This document shows, piece after piece, positions 56,828-64,000 of a DNA stretch of 64,000 nt. The notes under the pieces were generated by a model. The model made no database searches. It was not told where the DNA came from and saw only the letters and a program-made list of their open reading frames with translations. A program made the position numbers and the translations under genes. Origin of the DNA: Alphaproteobacteria bacterium (GTDB lineage Bacteria > Pseudomonadota > Alphaproteobacteria > SHVZ01). Location: assembly GCA_044223515.1 (NCBI GenBank), contig JBGALV010000005.1, positions 15,689 through 79,688 of the forward strand, in the 5' to 3' direction. The stretch's first letter is position 1. Each line of letters opens with the position of its first letter.

Positions 56828-58037
56828 TGATGTCGATGTAGCGATGGGTCAGGTCGCCGGTCCACACGGTCGCCTTGCCGCGGCCGATGCCGACGTCGAC
56901 GGCGATGCGGATGTCGCGGCCGGACATGTGCCTGGCGACCGGCGCTTCGTCGAAGCCTTCGACGCGGGCGCCGTCCTTGGCGACGGCGACGCCGCCGATC
57001 GAGATCGAGAGCTTGTCGCGGTCGGCCTTCTCGCCGGACTTGCCGACGGCCATGACGATGCGGCCCCAGTTCGCGTCGCCCGCGGCGATCGCGGTCTTGA
57101 CCAGCGGCGAGTTGGCGATCGCGAGGCCGATCTTGCGCGCGGTCTTCTCGGACGCCGCACCAGTGACGTCGATGGTGATCAGGCGTTCGACGCCCTCGCC
57201 GTCCCTGACGACAAGGAGGGCAAGGTCTCGCATCACCGCCTTGAGCGCGCGGCGGAATCCGGAGAGCTTCGCATCCCTCGCGTCGGCGATCGGAGCATGG
57301 CCCGCCTTGCCGGTGGCGAAGAGCAGGACCGTGTCCGAGGTCGAGGTGTCGGAGTCGACGGTGATCGAGTTGAAGGTGCGCGGCGTGTACTTGGTCAGCA
57401 GCGCCTGCAGCGCCGGCGCCGCGACCGCCGCATCGGTGAAGATGAAGCCGAGCATCGTCGCCATGTCCGGCTGGATCATGCCGGAGCCTTTGATGATGCC
57501 CTGGAGCCGCACCTCGAGGCCGTCGATCTTCGTCGTGCGCGTGACCGCCTTCGGATAGGTGTCGGTGGTCATGATCGCGCGCGCCGCCGCGGCCCAGTCG
57601 TCGTTGAGCTTCGACTGGAGGCCGGGCAGGGCCGCGGTCAGGCGGTCGTCGGCCATTGGCTCGCCGATGACGCCGGTCGAGGCGACGAACACTTCGTTTT
57701 CGCCGCATCCCAGCAGCTTCGCCGTCGCCTTCACCGTGCGCTCGACGCTGGCATCGCCGGCCTTGCCGGTGAAGGCGTTGGCGTTGCCGGCGTTGACCAC
57801 CAGCGCCCGCGCCTTGCCGCCTGCCATCGCCTTCCGGCACCAGTCGACCGGCGCCGATCGGGTCAGCGACTTGGTGTAGACGCCGGCGACCTGGGTGCCA
57901 GCCGCCATCTCGACCAGCAGCAGGTCGGTGCGGTCCTTGTAGCGGATGCCGGCGGCGCCAGTCGCCAGACGGACGCCGGCGATCGCCGGCAGGGTGGGCT
58001 GCGCCGCCGGCGCCAGCGGGGAGACGGGATGGGACAT
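56808..58037 (-). CDS. argJ: Bifunctional glutamate N-acetyltransferase / amino-acid acetyltransferase
   Basis: VNAGNANAFTG, MTTDTYPK, autoprocessing region GSGMIQPDMATMLGFIFTDA, and C-terminal YIDINGSYRS. Confidence 0.95.
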   Translation of the reverse strand: MSHPVSPLAPAAQPTLPAIAGVRLATGAAGIRYKDRTDLLLVEMAAGTQVAGVYTKSLTRSAPVDWCRKAMAGGKARALVVNAGNANAFTGKAGDASVERTVKATAKLLGCGENEVFVASTGVIGEPMADDRLTAALPGLQSKLNDDWAAAARAIMTTDTYPKAVTRTTKIDGLEVRLQGIIKGSGMIQPDMATMLGFIFTDAAVAAPALQALLTKYTPRTFNSITVDSDTSTSDTVLLFATGKAGHAPIADARDAKLSGFRRALKAVMRDLALLVVRDGEGVERLITIDVTGAASEKTARKIGLAIANSPLVKTAIAAGDANWGRIVMAVGKSGEKADRDKLSISIGGVAVAKDGARVEGFDEAPVARHMSGRDIRIAVDVGIGRGKATVWTGDLTHRYIDINGSYRS

Positions 58038-58075
58038 GGATCGAGACGCGATGAAGTGGGGACGGGAGCGCTTGG

Positions 58076-58927
58076 TTACTGGGTCTTGGGCGTGCCGTCC
58101 AGGTTGAAGCGCTCCACCTTGGCCTTACCCCGCAGGTCCTTGAGGATGTCCTGGATCACGTCGCGGGACATCTCCTCCTGGAGCTCGGCCTTCACCTCGT
58201 CGAACGAGGGCGGGCCGGAGGTGCGCTTGTCCTCGACGCGGATGACATGCCAGCCGAAGGACGACTTCACCGGCGCCTGGGTGACCTCGCCCTTCTTCAG
58301 GTTGAAGGCCGCCTCGGAGAATTCCGGAACCATCTGCTCGCGGGTGAAGTAGCCGAGGTCGCCGCCGTTGGCAGCACCCGGGTCGATCGACCGCTTCTTC
58401 GCGACATCGGCGAAGTCGCCGCCCTTCTGGATCTCGACGATCACCGCCTTCGCCTCGGCCTCGGTCTTGAGCAGGATATGGCGGGCATTCACCTCCTCCT
58501 GGCCGGGAATGGTGGCGGCGTAGGTCTTGTACTTCTCGCGCAGCGCCGCCTCGGTCACCTTGGTCTCGATGGCCTTGGTCAGCATCGCCTCCTGGAGCAC
58601 GCGGTCGGCCGCCTCGGCGATCTTCTTCTTAACTGCCGGGTCTTCGTCGAGCTTGGAGCCGCGGGCGGCGTTGCCGATCAGGCGCAGGTCGATCACGCGC
58701 TCGAGCAGCATCGGGTAGAGGGTCTCGATCGGCATGCCCTGGGCCTGCGCCGGCAGGCCCCGCATGGTCGCCTGGAGCTCGGAGCGCAGGATCGCCTGGC
58801 CATCGATGCGGGCGATCACCGGGTCCGCCGATCCGGCGGGCGGTGCGGGCGACGCCGGCGGCGTCTGGGCGTGGACGGAGGCGACGGCGAGCGTCGCGAG
58901 CGCGAGGCTCAGGAAAAGGCGAAGCAT
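58076..58927 (-). CDS. Periplasmic parvulin-type peptidyl-prolyl isomerase (SurA/PpiC-like)
   Basis: Signal peptide MLRLFLSLALATLAVASVHA. Rotamase domain VNARHILLKTEAEAKAV...GGDLGYFTREQMVPEFSEAAF...APVKSSFGWHVIRVED. Confidence 0.85.
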   Translation of the reverse strand: MLRLFLSLALATLAVASVHAQTPPASPAPPAGSADPVIARIDGQAILRSELQATMRGLPAQAQGMPIETLYPMLLERVIDLRLIGNAARGSKLDEDPAVKKKIAEAADRVLQEAMLTKAIETKVTEAALREKYKTYAATIPGQEEVNARHILLKTEAEAKAVIVEIQKGGDFADVAKKRSIDPGAANGGDLGYFTREQMVPEFSEAAFNLKKGEVTQAPVKSSFGWHVIRVEDKRTSGPPSFDEVKAELQEEMSRDVIQDILKDLRGKAKVERFNLDGTPKTQ

Positions 58928-59040
58928 GTCGGAAATCCTTGGATCAGGCGCGGACCAGATCGTCCGCTGCTCTTTCAAGGTCCATCATGCTTTCCGGCCG
59001 CGACGGCGGCAAGGGCAACCGCCGGGGATCACGGCAATTT

Positions 59041-59769
59041 TCAGATCGCGACGTCGACCGGTCCCGACGGTACCGGGGTGCTCGGCGCCGACGCCTTGAG
59101 CGGGGCCGCGACCGTGAAGGTCACGCCCGATGCGCCGCGATCGGCATAGGCCGGGGTCGCCCCTGGTCCCTTGTAGGTGAAGCCCACGGAGCGGAGCCCG
59201 ATTTCGGCCTCGGCATTGCCGATGCTGGCGCCGCTCTCCTCGTGCCGGGCCCCCGGAATGTCGACGTCGATCCCGATCTCGGCCTTGCCGACCGAAACCT
59301 CGTCCTTGCTGGAGCTGTGTCGGAAGCCGACATGGACGCCCTCAAGCTTGATCGAAAGGCGGCCGGACTCGAACTGGGCCTGGGTCGCCTGACGGTCGAT
59401 CGCCAGCTGCGCGCGAGCGGCCTCGGCGGCACGCCGGGCCATGTCCTCGGCCTGGGCCTGCGGCACACCGACGCTCTTTAGGAATCCGGCAATCGCCTGG
59501 GTGGCGTGGCCGAGCGCCCGGGCGGCAGGCTCCCATCGCGCCATGCGCTGGGACAGCGCCTGGTTGGGCTCGGACGACCCCGGGCCGACGCCGGGTCCGA
59601 TCGTGACGACGCTGTCGACCTCCTCCGCCTCCTGCCGCTTGTGCAGGCGATGGTCGGGCAGGCCGGTGGTGCCGGGGGGCACCGCGGTCACGATCAGGTC
59701 GTACAGGTGGTGTGAAGAAATGCCGGCGGACCCGCCGGGCTGGGTCGGTTGGCTAACCGGTAGCAGCAT
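59041..59769 (-). CDS. Hypothetical protein (242 aa; no signal peptide, no recognisable domain)
   Basis: ATG 59769 is preceded by AAGGAGGGGAA. GC3-rich native codon usage. There is a helical Ala/Gln-rich middle and a short internal repeat (KAEIGIDV / EAEIGLRS) in a beta-like C-terminal half. Confidence 0.6.
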   Translation of the reverse strand: MLLPVSQPTQPGGSAGISSHHLYDLIVTAVPPGTTGLPDHRLHKRQEAEEVDSVVTIGPGVGPGSSEPNQALSQRMARWEPAARALGHATQAIAGFLKSVGVPQAQAEDMARRAAEAARAQLAIDRQATQAQFESGRLSIKLEGVHVGFRHSSSKDEVSVGKAEIGIDVDIPGARHEESGASIGNAEAEIGLRSVGFTYKGPGATPAYADRGASGVTFTVAAPLKASAPSTPVPSGPVDVAI

Positions 59770-60012
59770 GTTCCCCTCCTTCTGAGGTCGGATGCGCTTC
59801 CGCAAGTCTATGCCAAGCCCAGAACCCGCATTCTGCAGGGAAGGCCCGGATCGTCTAAACCACGATTAACATAAAGTACGCCGAATCACCCGGTGACGCA
59901 ACTCGGCCGGCAACCCCTCTTGGGGAGCCGTCGTTGACAGGCCCAGGGGCACCACTTATCTGTCACCCGCCCCATACGGCCCCCTCCCACCGCGTTTTTC
60001 CGAGGTTTCTTG

Positions 60013-62700
<2,688 letters not shown>

Positions 62701-62733
62701 CGGCGGGCAGCGGGCGCGTCGGACGCCGATGAG

Positions 62734-63894
62734 TTAGGCGATCGTGGAGTCGCGGTCGCGGTGACGGTTCACCGCGAGGTCGAGCCTCGACAGCAGCTGG
62801 TTGGTCTGGTCGAAGGAAAGCCGCCGGCTCTGGCGCGCGAGGACGGTCGAGCGGAAGCACGTGCAGATGTGCGCGATCGCGGTCGTGCAGTATCCGAGCA
62901 ACCAATAGATCTTGCTGGCGCTCAGCAGGAACTCGCGGAACGGCTTCGGGTTGGCGCGGTCCAGGAACTCCGAATAGCAGCTCTCGTACTCGCGGAAGAT
63001 CTGGCCGAGCTCGCGCACCATGTCCTTCATCCGCTTGATCACCGAGTGCTTGTACATCCGCTGCTGCTCGGCATAGGCGCGGTTCTGCTGCAGGTCGACC
63101 GGGACCGACATCTCCGATCCCATCCATGAGAACACCATCGCCAGACGCTCGCGGTAGCGCTGGAAGGCGTACTGGTAGTAGGTGACGCCTTTCCAGGCGC
63201 CGAAGACGCTGGCGGCGTCGCCCGTCGAGATGCCGAAGGCCGAGACGAACAGCGACGCCTCGGGCAGCGACGGATCCCAGATCGCCTCGAGGAAGCCCTT
63301 CGACTTGTTGATCAGGTCGAGGCGCGAGCGGACGCCGAGCGCGGTGCCGACGATCGGCAGGATCTTGTCCTGGATCAGGTCGCGGATCTCGCGCTCTTCC
63401 TTCGGCGTGATCTCGAAGTAGCGCGGGCTGACCTTGATGCCGGCGAGGCTGAAGGACTCCTTCAAGAGGAACGGGTCCAGCGACGGCAGCTCGTCGATCA
63501 TGTTCAGGATGTCGACGTCGGTCGCGAACTGCTTGGTGTTCTCGACGTCGACGCCCATCAGGTCGCGCAGCAGGTTGGCGTAGTTCGCCTGGCGCAGATA
63601 GATCGCGTAGCCGCCGCGCACCGGGTCCTTGACGTCATAGGGGACGAACAGCCCGGTCTCGATCGGACGCGGCTGCTTCTTCGACTGGATGGAATCGAGG
63701 TCCTGGGGCTCTTCCTTGGTCTCGCCGAAACGGGGGAATTTGAATACGAAGGCGTTGTTCAGTCCTTCGGTCAGGAACATCCGCTCTTCGTCGAGAACCT
63801 TCTTCCGGATGGCCGGCAGATTGAGCGAGACGCCCGTGCCTCCATTGAGGATCTGATCGAGCACCGGCGACAGCGGCTGTCGATTGGAAGTCAT
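62734..63894 (-). CDS. Hypothetical protein (386 aa; no recognisable domain)
   Basis: Long uninterrupted ORF with genome-typical GC3-rich codons, convergent with secA. The upstream region 63895-63940 is comparatively AT-rich. I cannot place it in any family from sequence memory. Confidence 0.65.
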   Translation of the reverse strand: MTSNRQPLSPVLDQILNGGTGVSLNLPAIRKKVLDEERMFLTEGLNNAFVFKFPRFGETKEEPQDLDSIQSKKQPRPIETGLFVPYDVKDPVRGGYAIYLRQANYANLLRDLMGVDVENTKQFATDVDILNMIDELPSLDPFLLKESFSLAGIKVSPRYFEITPKEEREIRDLIQDKILPIVGTALGVRSRLDLINKSKGFLEAIWDPSLPEASLFVSAFGISTGDAASVFGAWKGVTYYQYAFQRYRERLAMVFSWMGSEMSVPVDLQQNRAYAEQQRMYKHSVIKRMKDMVRELGQIFREYESCYSEFLDRANPKPFREFLLSASKIYWLLGYCTTAIAHICTCFRSTVLARQSRRLSFDQTNQLLSRLDLAVNRHRDRDSTIA

Positions 63895-64000
63895 TCAAAT
63901 AAACCTAGAAAACCGCCCATTCCCCCACAACCTAACCGTGGCCCCGTACGGATGGCGCAGTCTCTTGGACAGTGCCGGCCCCGTCAATCGTTCTGAGGCC

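Noticed and set aside
59770-60012. A possible regulatory leader peptide or structured element upstream of secA.
   Set aside because: There is no convincing small ORF with an SD and no strong conserved-looking structure, only a 4-bp CCCC-TCTT-GGGG stem. I treat it as an ordinary divergent promoter region.

Overview
This is a high-GC chromosomal segment, roughly two-thirds G+C by eye. Its gene content and synteny look alphaproteobacterial (Hyphomicrobiales/Rhizobiales-like), which is an inference. I call about 60 tightly packed protein genes, many translationally coupled. I see no rRNA, tRNA, CRISPR array, transposase, integrase or phage genes. Most content is core metabolism and housekeeping: GH15/otsA (trehalose); a TetR-HlyD-ABC-ABC2 efflux operon; marR/EamA; asmA/mscS; a sugar-acid module; glpD/glpK; greB; cspA; a tandem glycine riboswitch driving gcvT-gcvH-gcvPA-gcvPB; iolD-iolE; a gsiABCD-like importer; grxC/comF/NDUFAF5-like methyltransferase; cyaY plus an ABCB10/Mdl1-like exporter; an orphan histidine kinase; mtnA; a DUF1800/DUF1501 pair; argJ; and secA. 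I do not see a clear-cut new defence or mobile system, so the window looks largely ordinary. The best leads for undescribed biology are all modest and hypothesis-level. (1) A convergent cluster near the window centre has an orphan solute-binding protein plus D-aminoacylase facing an MmyB-like regulator, a small HD-domain protein with a diiron-oxygenase-like His pattern, a SufS-like PLP enzyme and an amidase. (2) Three natively coded proteins have no family I can recognise (203, 242 and 386 aa). (3) A densely structured cspA 3' region is followed by a 25% GC tract. (4) Several gene couplings are unusual: glpD-SDR-methyltransferase, glpK-greB and cyaY-ABC. (5) Convergent genes repeatedly share a palindromic CTAG stop overlap. 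Start codons are less certain than stops throughout.
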